Shown here one piece after another: positions 20,001 to 28,731 of a stretch of DNA of 64,000 nucleotides. Below the pieces are notes generated by a model, which saw nothing but the letters and a program-made list of their open reading frames with translations, ran no database searches and was not told the DNA's origin. Each line of letters opens with the position of its first letter. Position 1 is the stretch's first letter. The translations under genes and the position numbers were made by a program. The DNA lies in contig CANJPX010000003.1 in assembly GCA_947476185.1 (NCBI GenBank), forward strand, positions 8,707 through 72,706, in the 5' to 3' direction. This DNA comes from Bacteroidota bacterium (GTDB lineage Bacteria; Bacteroidota; Bacteroidia; 2-12-FULL-35-15).

Positions 20001-23000
20001 TTGCAGGCAGCGCGTTTACCACAACAGTTGTTGTGCCTGCTAAACTTGTACAACCGCTAGCGTTGGTAACTGTCACGCTATATGTTCCTGCCATAGCAAG
20101 TGTTGAACTTGCAATAGTTGGATTTTGAAGAGCAGAGGTGAAAGCAATTGGACCTGTCCAGGCATATGTTGCGCCGGCAACTGTTGGGGTTGCCAAAGTA
20201 ATAGTTGTACCTACACAATATGGGCCTGTATTAGTTGCTGCAGGGGTTGCAGGAAGTGCATTCACTGTCATAGTAATTGCGTTAGAGGTAGCAGGGCTTC
20301 CCGCAACACCCGGCAAATTAGATATCATAATACACGTTACAATCTGACCAGCAGTCAAAGTTGTTGTAGTAAAGGTTGAGGCTGTTGCACCACCAACGTT
20401 CACACCATTTATCTGCCACTGATAAGTTGGAGTTGTTCCTCCATTTGTAGGTACTGCGTTAAAGGTTACTGAAGTCCCCGCACAGATAATGTTATCTACA
20501 TCACTTGATGTAATCGCAACACTTGCAACAGGAGATCCTGTTCCGGTAATATTAATATTATCAAGATAAAGCATTTGCCCCCACCCGGATTTACTTTGGA
20601 ATTTCACCATTACGTTTGCCTGACCTGCATAAGGTGTCATACTCACTGTTTCTGTTCTCCACTGAGCAGCGGATGGCACAAACACGGTTGTAGCGTTATC
20701 AGGAGCGGTAGCCAATGCTGTTCCGCCGTTAGTGTAAACTCTTGACCATGTCGAACCGCAATTGGTTGAAACAAAAACAATTAAAGAGTCGAAATATGTT
20801 GCGTTATATCTGCAATAAGCGACATCGAATGTCATTGTTGCGGTGGAAACGCCCGTAAAATTATATTTTGGAGTGTGTAACTCGTCAATCGTACCTGCGA
20901 TAGAGGTTGCCGGTGTTAAGTTGTCCATTACCGCACTGTTTGTACTAGTAGAAAAACCACCAACTGTAGTGGATTGTGCCCAAGTCATATCACTATCAGG
21001 ATTATTCAAGAACCAACCTGTAGGAACAAAGGTGGCACCCTGGAACCCTTCAACTAATGGCAAAGCAATTGGAGCAGAAACGGTAATGTATAATGTTTTC
21101 GTCATCGTGTTGCTACCGTTTGCATTTGTAGCAATAAGAGAAACAGTGTAAGATCCGGCAGTGTTATAACAAATATTTGTCGGATTTTGAAGTGTGGACG
21201 ATGTTGTAGCAGCACCTGTGAATGTCCAAGCCCATGAAGTAGGCGAGCCATTTGACAGATCCGTAAAATTGATACAGTCGCCAACACAAATATTTGTTCT
21301 ATTTGCTGCAAAGTCGGCAGTTGGAGGTGAAGTGCCAGGGGAAGCCAAATCAGATTGCCAAATGCTCCTACCAAAAGTGGCTGCTCTTAATTTTAATGCG
21401 GTGTATTGAATTTCCAATTCTCTTACCGAAACATTCGGTAAGCCTGTATTATAGGCCGCCCAAGATCCAGCAGTATTATCACGATAATAAACTCCCACAT
21501 CCGTTCCAACATATAAAGGATCATTTACAGAACTTCCCTGGTATACAATACAGTTCGCAGGCAAATTAGGTAGTCCTGTAGAATAATTGCTCCAAGTTAA
21601 ACCTGCGTCAGCTGAATACCAAACCTTATTAGCAGCTGAATACCCCGAGAAAGTAACCCATACTCTACTTGCATTCAAAGGGTCAACAGCAATGTATGAA
21701 ATCGATGCAAAAGTAGTTGGTAAGCCTGCTGTTCTATCCGCAAAAGCAGCACCGGTAGTGCATGCATAAAACTTATCCGTTTTGGCAGCATAGATATAAT
21801 TGATGTTTGATGCTGCATTTGCAAGCGCAATAACATTTCCAGTACCGCCAGAAATAGTTCCAACTTGAGCCCAAGATGTTCCGCTGTTTGTACTTTTAAA
21901 AACCTGTGATTTTCCCACAAATAAAGTCGCGGCGTTACTTGGAGCCTCAATATAGGGTGTTACCCAATCACCATCCGCATTAACGGTGCCGGCTGCTCCA
22001 CCGCTAGCAACAATCTGCGTTCCATAAGTTGCACCTGATGTTGTTTTTCTGATATCGCCATAATATAACTCTCCGTATTGAACATTCGCATTAGACCAAT
22101 CGATAAGCGCTTCCATTCCATCACCGCCCAAAGGTCTTGTCCAGGTGGCTGTTCCGCTCCATCTTGCTGTTCCATTATCTTGCCAACCGGTATTTAAGAG
22201 GTTTGGGTTTGTAGCAGATAATCCTATTCTATAAGCTTGAGCAATTTGCAATCCATTACTAAGATCACCCCAAGTTGTCCCGGTATTTGTTGTATTAAAA
22301 CATCCGCCATCGCAACCTGCATAATAAGTTGTTGCGCTACCCGGTAAAAATTCTAAGGCATGAATATCTGCGTGAACATACGGTGCTCCTGTACCTGTCC
22401 ATTCTGCATTTAATGTCCAGGAGGTTCCGCCATTAGTTGACTTCCAAATATTGACACCACCAACAATAACCATGTTTGCATTTGTAGGAGCTACCGCAAT
22501 AGACAGGTCATACCAACCTTGCCCACCGGTAGTTGCACCGGTATTTGAATATCCCAAAATATTTGGAGTTGTTGACTTTGCGGTAAACGAGGTTCCGCTA
22601 TTAGTAGACAGGTATAATCCTTGAAAACCGAAAGCGGTGTTTGCGGCTAACACATAAACATCGACCGCAGCCGCTGCAGTTACACCAATTGCAAGTCGGG
22701 AAACAGATGCCGCAGCCGGTAAACCGGTTGCCGTTGTTACAAAGGACGTTCCGCCATTTGTAGATTTGTAGAACAATGTTGTAGAGCATGCATAAACCGT
22801 TGTGGTATCACCCGGTTTATATTCAATGTCTTTTATGTTGGCAATTGCGGTAGCAATTTGAGTCCATGCTCCACCTGCATTAATAGTACGATATACACCA
22901 TTGCTGGTTGCAGCAAAAATTGTATTTGGATTTTGCGGGTTGATCAATAATCTACTGATCGTTCTACCATTAGTAATAACCCATGTTAACCCTGTAGGAA

Positions 23001-23778
23001 GCCATGTTGTACCTCCATTAGTTGTCTTCAAAACCCCTATTGAATAGGTATCTTGCGCCTCACCGTCGCCGGTAGCCAAGTATTGGATCAAGGGGTTTGT
23101 TGGATGAATAACAAGGTCCGTTGTACCAATAACGGCCAAGTTATCCGTGCCGGTAGACCATGAAGTTCCGCTATTTGTACTTTTCCATAAACCTCCGCCC
23201 GGTGAACCAACATATATTGTTGTAGAGGCTAATGGGTCAAATCTCACAAAATTTACACGGCCGGCTCCACCACCACCAGTAGGTATAGAGGTTGTAGGTC
23301 CAATTAATGACCAGTTTGCGGACATTACCGTTGGAGTTCCGGTGCCAGGAGCCCTTGTACCGCTGGCAGAACCTGAATAATAATTATTCAAATAATCATT
23401 CCAGGCGTTAATCATGACAGAGCGGTCTCCAGAAGGATACAAACGAGGCGACATATAATTTTCCCAACGTTTATAGACCTCCCAGCCACCAGCTAATTCT
23501 TCTTCTTCCTTTTCGCCGGGAAGCAGTGTTGAGCCCCCTTTAACAGGGACAACAGAAACGGGGTGTTTCGCTGTTTTTTTTGCAAGTTCTTCACGTTCGC
23601 GAGCTTCATCCTTCCGATGCTCCTTCTCAGAATTTTTATAGTATTGGTTAAATGATTTCTGAACGTCATAAAAGTTGACATCTGGGTTTTGCATTTTTTC
23701 AACCCAAGTCTGCGAAATAGCAGTTTTTACTGTTAATGCAAGAATTGCAGATAAAGAAAAAAGAATAAATTTCTTCAT
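17005..23778 (-). CDS. giant T9SS type A cargo / surface protein
   Basis: 2257 aa. Domain order: signal peptide (MKKFILFSLSAILALTVKTAISQ); many Asp-box-like motifs (KSTNSGTSW, KTTNGGTTW, KSTNGGTSW, SADAGLTW); PKD (ADFAANRTNICVGDCINFTD..WAWTF); a MAM/'choice-of-anchor J'-like module; four T..TFTA..NGGTTPTYQWQ.NG modules; eight Ig-like repeats; and a C-terminal FPNPNDGHFTISF....KIIVY Por-type sorting domain. Confidence 0.9.
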   Translation of the reverse strand: MKKFILFSLSAILALTVKTAISQTWVEKMQNPDVNFYDVQKSFNQYYKNSEKEHRKDEAREREELAKKTAKHPVSVVPVKGGSTLLPGEKEEEELAGGWEVYKRWENYMSPRLYPSGDRSVMINAWNDYLNNYYSGSASGTRAPGTGTPTVMSANWSLIGPTTSIPTGGGGAGRVNFVRFDPLASTTIYVGSPGGGLWKSTNSGTSWSTGTDNLAVIGTTDLVIHPTNPLIQYLATGDGEAQDTYSIGVLKTTNGGTTWLPTGLTWVITNGRTISRLLINPQNPNTIFAATSNGVYRTINAGGAWTQIATAIANIKDIEYKPGDTTTVYACSTTLFYKSTNGGTSFVTTATGLPAAASVSRLAIGVTAAAAVDVYVLAANTAFGFQGLYLSTNSGTSFTAKSTTPNILGYSNTGATTGGQGWYDLSIAVAPTNANMVIVGGVNIWKSTNGGTSWTLNAEWTGTGAPYVHADIHALEFLPGSATTYYAGCDGGCFNTTNTGTTWGDLSNGLQIAQAYRIGLSATNPNLLNTGWQDNGTARWSGTATWTRPLGGDGMEALIDWSNANVQYGELYYGDIRKTTSGATYGTQIVASGGAAGTVNADGDWVTPYIEAPSNAATLFVGKSQVFKSTNSGTSWAQVGTISGGTGNVIALANAASNINYIYAAKTDKFYACTTGAAFADRTAGLPTTFASISYIAVDPLNASRVWVTFSGYSAANKVWYSADAGLTWSNYSTGLPNLPANCIVYQGSSVNDPLYVGTDVGVYYRDNTAGSWAAYNTGLPNVSVRELEIQYTALKLRAATFGRSIWQSDLASPGTSPPTADFAANRTNICVGDCINFTDLSNGSPTSWAWTFTGAATTSSTLQNPTNICYNTAGSYTVSLIATNANGSNTMTKTLYITVSAPIALPLVEGFQGATFVPTGWFLNNPDSDMTWAQSTTVGGFSTSTNSAVMDNLTPATSIAGTIDELHTPKYNFTGVSTATMTFDVAYCRYNATYFDSLIVFVSTNCGSTWSRVYTNGGTALATAPDNATTVFVPSAAQWRTETVSMTPYAGQANVMVKFQSKSGWGQMLYLDNINITGTGSPVASVAITSSDVDNIICAGTSVTFNAVPTNGGTTPTYQWQINGVNVGGATASTFTTTTLTAGQIVTCIMISNLPGVAGSPATSNAITMTVNALPATPAATNTGPYCVGTTITLATPTVAGATYAWTGPIAFTSALQNPTIASSTLAMAGTYSVTVTNASGCTSLAGTTTVVVNALPATPTATNTGPYCAGATITLATPTLAGATYVWTGPGTFTSALQNPTRPAATLAMAGTYSITVNVLGCTSLAGTTTVVVNAIPATPAATNTGPYCVGGTITLATPTVAGAIFSWTGPSAFASALQNPTRPAATLAMAGTYSVTVTTGGCVSLAGTTAVVVNTLPATPAASNTGPYCAGATITLATPTVAGATYSWTGPSAFTSALQNPTRPSSTLAMAGTYSVTITNASGCTSLVGTTTVVVNALPATPTATNTGPYCAGATISLATPTVAGATYAWTGPSAFTSALQNPTRPASTLAMAGTYSITITTGGCTSLAGTTTVVVNAVPATPTATNTGPYCAGATITLATPTVAGATYSWTGPSAFTSALQNPTRPSSTVAMAGTYSVIVTTGGCASLMGTTAVVVNALPATPPATNTGPYCAGATISLSTPTVGGATYSWTGPLAFTSAIRNATRPAATVAMAGTYSVTVTTGGCTSLPGTTTVVVNPIPVTPTAGSNSPVCLGSTILLTSNTVAGATYSWTGPSTFTSGLEDPSRPTATAVMAGTYSVTVTVSGCTSLVGTTVVAVSASVVPTNSISASPSGAICAGTSVTFTATAGGGGTTPTFQWQVNGINAGTGGTTFTSSALLNIDIVTCILTSSSPCAAPTTATSNAITMIVNPIVVPSVSIIDSPGGAVCVGSSVTFTASPTNGGTTPTYQWQVNGLNVGSGGTVYSTSSLANSDIVTCSMTSNATCPSVPNATSNAITVVIDPILVPSDTISISSGTNPTCSGQAVTFDAAITNGGSAPVYQWQINGVNAGTGLSTFTSSTLNNGDVVTCILTSNATCVSPASVTSPAITMVVNPTPATPTISQAGTTLTSSSATGNQWYLNGVIIVGATSQNYTFTVNGTYTVVVTTGPCSSAASAPTVIINVGIQDADNAFLLGIFPNPNDGHFTISFNVPVKSTYKLELTNELGQSIYKDELKDYSGTYSKQLSVVEYGKGVYTITLTNDKNEVVKKIIVY
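18311..20262 (-). repeat. eight in-frame tandem repeats of about 243 bp (79-81 aa Ig-like modules)
   Basis: Protein unit: NALPATPTATNTGPYC.GATITLATPTVAGATY.WTGPSAFTSALQNPTRP..TLAMAGTYSVTVT...GCTSLAGTTTVVV, eight copies. A landmark (gcatttac.acaaca) recurs 243 bp apart, at 19037 and 19280. DNA identity between neighbouring units is roughly 80-90% by eye. Confidence 0.85.
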
Positions 23779-24179
23779 TTTTGGAATAGTTTAGAGAGAT
23801 TTTAATATACGAACATAGTTTTAAATATTCAAAAAAACAAGCGTACTACCAAGTTTTAGATAAACACCACTTTTTAAGCGGTGGAATATTTTATTTCCAT
23901 TTTTTTCAAAGATTATTTCCGAGCAATAAGTTGCATTCACATAAATAGAACGTGCAAATTATTTTTAATTTCTAGCAGTTTACTTTTTTCAAGATCAAAT
24001 TAAAGAAATAACAACTTTAACAATGATATGTTAATTACTTTATCATAAGCACAGAAAACACCCGTTTATGTTTTATAGCTTTATGGCGAAACTAAACCGC
24101 TTTTCTCCACATATTCCTGTTTAGGGAAATATTGAAAATGTATAGTTTGTCGAATATCAACCTAAAAATTGCTCTGTTT

Positions 24180-25511
24180 ATGGTGAAAGAGAAAAAGATT
24201 TTCGTACTAGACACGTCTGTTATTATTTACGACCACATGGCCGCAAAAAGTTTTAAGGAACATGATGTTGTAATTCCTATCACCGTTCTTGAAGAGCTGG
24301 ACAATTTCAAAAAAGGCAATGACACCAAAAATTTTGCCGCAAGAGAATTTACACGTTATATAGACAAGATCTCAAACGGTATTATACTTCAGGATTGGAT
24401 CAATATCAATGGTAAAGGCCATGGAATGATAAAAATTGAAATGCATCAGGATTCCAAAATTGATGCAGAGAAAGTGTTTGGCGAAAGAAAGGCTGACCAC
24501 CGAATTTTAAATACCGCACTTTATTTATCGGAAAATTATCCTGACCGCAAAGTGATCATGGTTACTAAGGATATTAATCTGCGCATCAAAGCAAAATCAT
24601 TAGGATTAAATGCGGAAGATTATGAGACAGGAAAGATCAAGGATGTCAATGAACAGCTATATACCGGTCGAAGTGAAATTCAAAAAGTTTCGACTGAAGT
24701 AATTAACGAGATCTACGAAAAAGGATTTTGTACTTCATCTGCATTATTAAAAAAACAAAAACCAACATCAAATCATTTTTATGTTTTAAAGAATGGTACT
24801 AAATCAGTACTTGCTTCTTATAGTCCGAGTAAAGATGTATTGGAACGCGTGAAAAAAGTTACTGCCTTCGGAATTAATCCCCGCAATGCAGAACAAGCCT
24901 TTGCGTTAGATGCGATCATGAATCCAGATATCAAATTAGTTTCTATTCAAGGAGTCGCGGGAACGGGAAAAACATTGTTGTCATTGGCAGGAGCGCTTGA
25001 ACAACGCAGAACATTTCATCAGATATATTTAGCGCGACCGATAGTTCCACTGAGCAACAAAGACATTGGTTATTTGCCCGGTGATATTAAATCGAAACTC
25101 AATCCTTATATGGAGCCTCTTTGGGATAATTTGAAATTTATTAAAAACCAATTTACAGAAAAGGATAAGGAGTTTAAACAGATCACAGAGATGGTGGAAA
25201 ACGAAAAACTTGTTGTTTGTCCGCTTGCATATATCCGGGGAAGAAGTTTATCTGATGTGTTTTTTATTGTTGATGAGGCGCAAAATTTAACACCACATGA
25301 AGTAAAAACAATTATTTCGCGTGCCGGAGAGAATACAAAAATGATCTTTACTGGTGATATTCATCAAATCGACACACCTTATCTGGATTCACAAAGTAAT
25401 GGTTTATCTTATTTAATTGATAAACTAAAAGATCAAAACCTATATGCGCACATCACGCTTGAGAAGGGAGAGCGATCTGAATTGGCAAATTTAGCGAATG
25501 AGTTTTTGTAA
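24180..25511 (+). CDS. PIN-domain + PhoH-like P-loop ATPase fusion (PhoH2/YlaK type)
   Basis: N-terminal PIN (KIFVLDTSVIIYD ... VTKDINLRIKA) fused to a PhoH-like NTPase with Walker A GVAGTGKT and Walker B FFIVDEAQN. I chose the start at MVKEKK (ATG at 24180). The track ORF begins at a TTG at 24132. Confidence 0.85.
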   Translation: MVKEKKIFVLDTSVIIYDHMAAKSFKEHDVVIPITVLEELDNFKKGNDTKNFAAREFTRYIDKISNGIILQDWININGKGHGMIKIEMHQDSKIDAEKVFGERKADHRILNTALYLSENYPDRKVIMVTKDINLRIKAKSLGLNAEDYETGKIKDVNEQLYTGRSEIQKVSTEVINEIYEKGFCTSSALLKKQKPTSNHFYVLKNGTKSVLASYSPSKDVLERVKKVTAFGINPRNAEQAFALDAIMNPDIKLVSIQGVAGTGKTLLSLAGALEQRRTFHQIYLARPIVPLSNKDIGYLPGDIKSKLNPYMEPLWDNLKFIKNQFTEKDKEFKQITEMVENEKLVVCPLAYIRGRSLSDVFFIVDEAQNLTPHEVKTIISRAGENTKMIFTGDIHQIDTPYLDSQSNGLSYLIDKLKDQNLYAHITLEKGERSELANLANEFL

Positions 25512-25528
25512 ACAGATTTTCTTTTTAT

Positions 25529-25572
25529 AAAAAAGTCCCGATACATTTTGCATCGGGACTTTTTATTTTTTT
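25529..25572. terminator. bidirectional intrinsic terminator between convergent genes
   Basis: Stem aaaaagtcccgat (25530..25542) / atcgggacttttt (25552..25564), 13 bp with a 9-nt loop. It is flanked by an A-run and a T-run, so it can act on both strands. Confidence 0.8.
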
Positions 25573-25582
25573 ATAAATATTA

Positions 25583-26662
25583 CTATTCAGAAATCACAAT
25601 TTTTTTAGTTTCAACACCACTTAGTGTGCTCACTTTCAAGAAATAATTTCCTGATGAAAGTCCATATTTATCAAACATCACAGCGTGTTTTCCTGCAGAT
25701 TGATTTTCATCAGAAATCGTATTAATTAATTGCCCCGTAACATCAAATAATTGAATCGATACTTTTCCTACAACAGAAGTTTCATATTTTATTTCAGCAG
25801 ATTTACCAATTGGATTTGGGAAAACAGAAAGTTTCAATTTGTTTTTTTCTGACTCATAAACAGCAGTAGCTGCGCCGAAGTAATGGTAGGTTGTGTTATT
25901 TGTTGGCCCAGAATTACAATTCCCAAGTGTGTCAGTCAAGGTATTATAAAAAATCTCTGCAGGGTTACTTAAGCCTGTAACCACGGTAGTTGGCGAGGTA
26001 AAGGTGCTTGTGTATCTGGTAATTTTATTTCCAGTCCAAGAAGAAATATAAAAATTCCCAGCAAGATCCTGAGTAATCCCATCGCAATTTCCCAGTGTTG
26101 ATGTAATAATTGTTGTTATCGCACCAGTAGTTATATCCATTGCTTTGATAGGAGCAGAAGCGCCCCAACAAACAATTACACAGCGATTATTAGGCGCATC
26201 GTAAAGAATTCCATTTGGTTTAGCTGTTCCCCCTGTTGCAGGAACAAATACGCTGAACGCTCTTGTAGCAATATTAATACGATAAACTTTAAAAGCATTA
26301 AAATCTGTGGAATACAAATATGTATTGTCATGAGTTAATCCATTTAAAAATAATGCACCCATCGATATAGAATCAATAGCAGCAGCGGTATTTAAATTAA
26401 ACATCTTTATGTCTGCTCCTGCATTCACATATAGTGTATCATTTACAATTTCAATACCGTGTGGTCCACCTGTACAAGTTGCAAAAACTGTAACAACACC
26501 GGTTACACTGCTACGAGCAAGAATATTGTTTCCACTGTTATTTGCAATCAACCAACGGTTATGGGCATAGTCAAATTCAATACTTTCAGGGCTATTATAG
26601 GCTTGTGCAAGGCCTGTTGTTGAAAACAGCACAACTGATAAAATTGTAAATAATTGCTTCAT
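25583..26662 (-). CDS. secreted beta-propeller protein with T9SS type A sorting domain
   Basis: 359 aa. It has a signal peptide (MKQLFTILSVVLFSTTGLAQA), repeated strand-rich blades resembling NHL/SMP-30-like propellers, and a C-terminal LSVFPNPIGKSAEIKY....KKIVISE Por-type CTD. Confidence 0.7.
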   Translation of the reverse strand: MKQLFTILSVVLFSTTGLAQAYNSPESIEFDYAHNRWLIANNSGNNILARSSVTGVVTVFATCTGGPHGIEIVNDTLYVNAGADIKMFNLNTAAAIDSISMGALFLNGLTHDNTYLYSTDFNAFKVYRINIATRAFSVFVPATGGTAKPNGILYDAPNNRCVIVCWGASAPIKAMDITTGAITTIITSTLGNCDGITQDLAGNFYISSWTGNKITRYTSTFTSPTTVVTGLSNPAEIFYNTLTDTLGNCNSGPTNNTTYHYFGAATAVYESEKNKLKLSVFPNPIGKSAEIKYETSVVGKVSIQLFDVTGQLINTISDENQSAGKHAVMFDKYGLSSGNYFLKVSTLSGVETKKIVISE

Positions 26663-26842
26663 GAACCTATATATTAATTAACCTTTAGTGCCTTTTCTTT
26701 TTTTTCAATACTGGTGAATTTAAAAATACAATAAATAGTAGCACAAGTACGTTTTTTTTCAATTTGTTAATAATAAAATAGAAATTTATTGACTAATTTA
26801 CATATTTTTATAAACCAATGAATAAAGATTGAAACTAATAAT

Positions 26843-26850
26843 TATATTTG
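26843..26850 (+). promoter_or_regulatory. candidate -7 promoter box (TATATTTG)
   Basis: Exact TAnnTTTG match ending 36 nt upstream of the ATG at 26886. Confidence 0.35.
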
Positions 26851-26885
26851 TCGTCACCTCATTTTTAACATACTTAAAAGCTATA

Positions 26886-27158
26886 ATGAAAAAAATTCTC
26901 TTCGTTTTTTTATTTTGTTTTGGATTAACTTCAATTGGATACTCTCAGGCTGCAGGAAAAGGCAGCGCTGAAAAAAGTTCGGATTCAAAAGCCAAACCTC
27001 GTGGACAAATGCGCCACTTCGACAGACAAAAAAGAGATCCAAAAATGAAACATAACGGAACAGCGTTTAATAGAAGGAAAAAGAAAGAGTATCAAGTTGA
27101 CGGAGACGGCTTTAGCAACTCTCCCGGCAATGGCAAAAGAAGAAGAAAAAAGAAATAG
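26886..27158 (+). CDS. small secreted polybasic protein (hypothetical)
   Basis: 90 aa from MKKILFVFLFCFGLTSIGYSQA (signal peptide). The mature part is Lys/Arg-rich and ends in GKRRRKKK. A strong hairpin follows. The track ORF starts 19 codons earlier at a TTG. Confidence 0.55.
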   Translation: MKKILFVFLFCFGLTSIGYSQAAGKGSAEKSSDSKAKPRGQMRHFDRQKRDPKMKHNGTAFNRRKKKEYQVDGDGFSNSPGNGKRRRKKK

Positions 27159-27164
27159 AATCAT

Positions 27165-27198
27165 AAAAAATCCTCAGAAAAATTTCTGAGGATTTTTT
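27165..27198. terminator. bidirectional intrinsic terminator
   Basis: aaaaaatcctcagaaa / tttctgaggatttttt, a near-perfect palindrome with A- and T-runs. It lies between the convergent genes 26886..27158 (+) and 27305..28111 (-). Confidence 0.8.
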
Positions 27199-27304
27199 AT
27201 CTCACCAAAGTGACACAATATTTCATGCCACCGCTATATTTATAAATTTTTAAACATAATACTGTTCTACATTTTTACACAATTCCATTTTAAAGGTTAT
27301 TCAA

Positions 27305-28111
27305 CTATTTCCAAAGTTCAACGTTAATATGCGATTCCAAATTGTTTTCGAGCGAATCAAGAAGGAATGGGAAAAAGTTTATTTGCGTTAACCGTTCCAC
27401 AGAATCAATTGTAACTGCAAAATCAAAAATGGATTGCTTGCTTGCGTCGTTCGGCATTACAAAGGCAATTGCTTTTTTTTCTAAGCCGAATACATCCAAA
27501 ACAATTTTATAATAATATTTAGGTATTGCTACTTTGTTTTTTTTACCGATCATTGGCAAATCTTTTTCTAATACTCCTGCCGTAACGATATACAGTTCGT
27601 GATCTTCTTTCGCCCACACCCGAACTTGAGTCTCTAATTTTTTCCATATTCCACGATTAAACTTTGGTGCTTGCGGACTCATATTACTCATATAAAATGA
27701 TTCACTCATAGTTGTTTCGCTCCAGGCCATATCACCTGCCGGACAAAGGTGTCCGCGATCATACCCTGTTTTTTTATAATCATCAGGAGCGGCTGAACCA
27801 GTTTTTACAGACGGATCTTCTCTGAAATTATTTGTTCGCTCTTCATCTGAACTAACACACATTTTATCTGTTAGACGATATGCCACCCACTTTGCTTGCT
27901 CGTATTTTTCATCATAACAAAGTGCGTAAGCTGTATGTTTTATGATTTCCTCATTCTTTTCAAAATAAGGATAAAAATTTTTTGAAAACCCTTTGATGCT
28001 ATCAGGCAACATTGTATGAATGTTTTTTTTCTCAACGGGAGTTTTATCAGCGCTAAAAACGCAAAAAAAAGAAAAAAGAAAAACAGGAAAAATGAATCTT
28101 ATAAATGTCAT
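27305..28111 (-). CDS. secreted DNA/RNA non-specific endonuclease (NucA/EndoG family)
   Basis: 268 aa with an N-terminal hydrophobic signal. The active-site block YDRGHLCPAGD plus SNMSPQAPKFNRGIWKKLE match the beta-beta-alpha-Me Endonuclease_NS signature. Confidence 0.85.
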   Translation of the reverse strand: MTFIRFIFPVFLFSFFCVFSADKTPVEKKNIHTMLPDSIKGFSKNFYPYFEKNEEIIKHTAYALCYDEKYEQAKWVAYRLTDKMCVSSDEERTNNFREDPSVKTGSAAPDDYKKTGYDRGHLCPAGDMAWSETTMSESFYMSNMSPQAPKFNRGIWKKLETQVRVWAKEDHELYIVTAGVLEKDLPMIGKKNKVAIPKYYYKIVLDVFGLEKKAIAFVMPNDASKQSIFDFAVTIDSVERLTQINFFPFLLDSLENNLESHINVELWK

Positions 28112-28150
28112 ACTTTTACCATAGTTTACAGATGCTAAGATAGCTTAAAA

Positions 28151-28645
28151 ATGAAAACTCTTTATCTCATACGTCACGCAAAATCGGATTGGTCTATTGA
28201 TGGACTATCAGACATTGACAGACCTTTAAACAAAAAAGGATATAACGATGCGCACAAAATGAGTTTGATTTTAAAAGAAAAAAATGTTGTTCCCGATTTA
28301 ATAATAAGCAGTCCGGCTGTTAGAGCTATTTCAACTTCATTAATTTTTTGCAGAATTTTTGAATACAACCCAAAGTCAATTCTGATAAATAAAAATTTAT
28401 ATGATACTTCCGTAAAAGAGTATGTGCAAGCAATTTCAAAAATAGATGCTGAGCATCAAGTCGTTTTATTATTTGGCCACAATCCAAGTATTTCCAGCAC
28501 CTTTAGCGCACTAACGAATTTTACAAATCAAGAAATTCCGACCTGCGGAATTGTAGGAATACAGTCTAATATAACTAATTGGGGAGATTTTTCAAAAAAA
28601 AGCAACACCCTGATTTATTTAGATTTTCCGAAAAACCACTTATAG
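28151..28645 (+). CDS. sixA: SixA-type histidine phosphatase family protein
   Basis: 164 aa with LIRHAKSDW (RHG catalytic motif), SSPAVRAISTS and LLFGHNPS, as in phosphohistidine phosphatase SixA. Confidence 0.75.
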   Translation: MKTLYLIRHAKSDWSIDGLSDIDRPLNKKGYNDAHKMSLILKEKNVVPDLIISSPAVRAISTSLIFCRIFEYNPKSILINKNLYDTSVKEYVQAISKIDAEHQVVLLFGHNPSISSTFSALTNFTNQEIPTCGIVGIQSNITNWGDFSKKSNTLIYLDFPKNHL

Positions 28646-28731
28646 TACAGTTAAGAAATTGTTAAGGTTTTGTATGCCTGTTTGTTGTGTCTATAATTTT
28701 CACACTTTTAATAACAAAATTTTTAAAAATC

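Noticed and set aside
18311-20262. A regular ~243-bp periodic array that could superficially suggest a CRISPR or satellite array.
   Set aside because: The units are contiguous with no unique spacers, are in frame within one long ORF and encode a recognisable Ig-like fold motif. There are no cas genes in the window.
18050-20379. Many plus-strand ORFs of 65-189 aa (for example 18050..18619 and 18980..19396), plus short same-strand alternate-frame ORFs, across the repeat region of the 2257-aa gene.
   Set aside because: They lie antisense to, or out of frame with, a Thr/Ala/Gly/Pro-rich repeat whose codons rarely create stops in other frames. Their products are low-complexity echoes of the repeat, and the minus-strand frame has clear domain architecture from signal peptide to CTD.
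23779-24179. A 400-bp ORF-free divergent region, screened for ncRNA (RNase P, tmRNA, SRP, 6S) or riboswitch features.
   Set aside because: I could see no conserved motifs (for example GAGGAAAGTCC or a tRNA-like end) and no stable extended helices. It most likely holds the two divergent promoters and 5' UTRs. I could not place convincing promoter boxes there.
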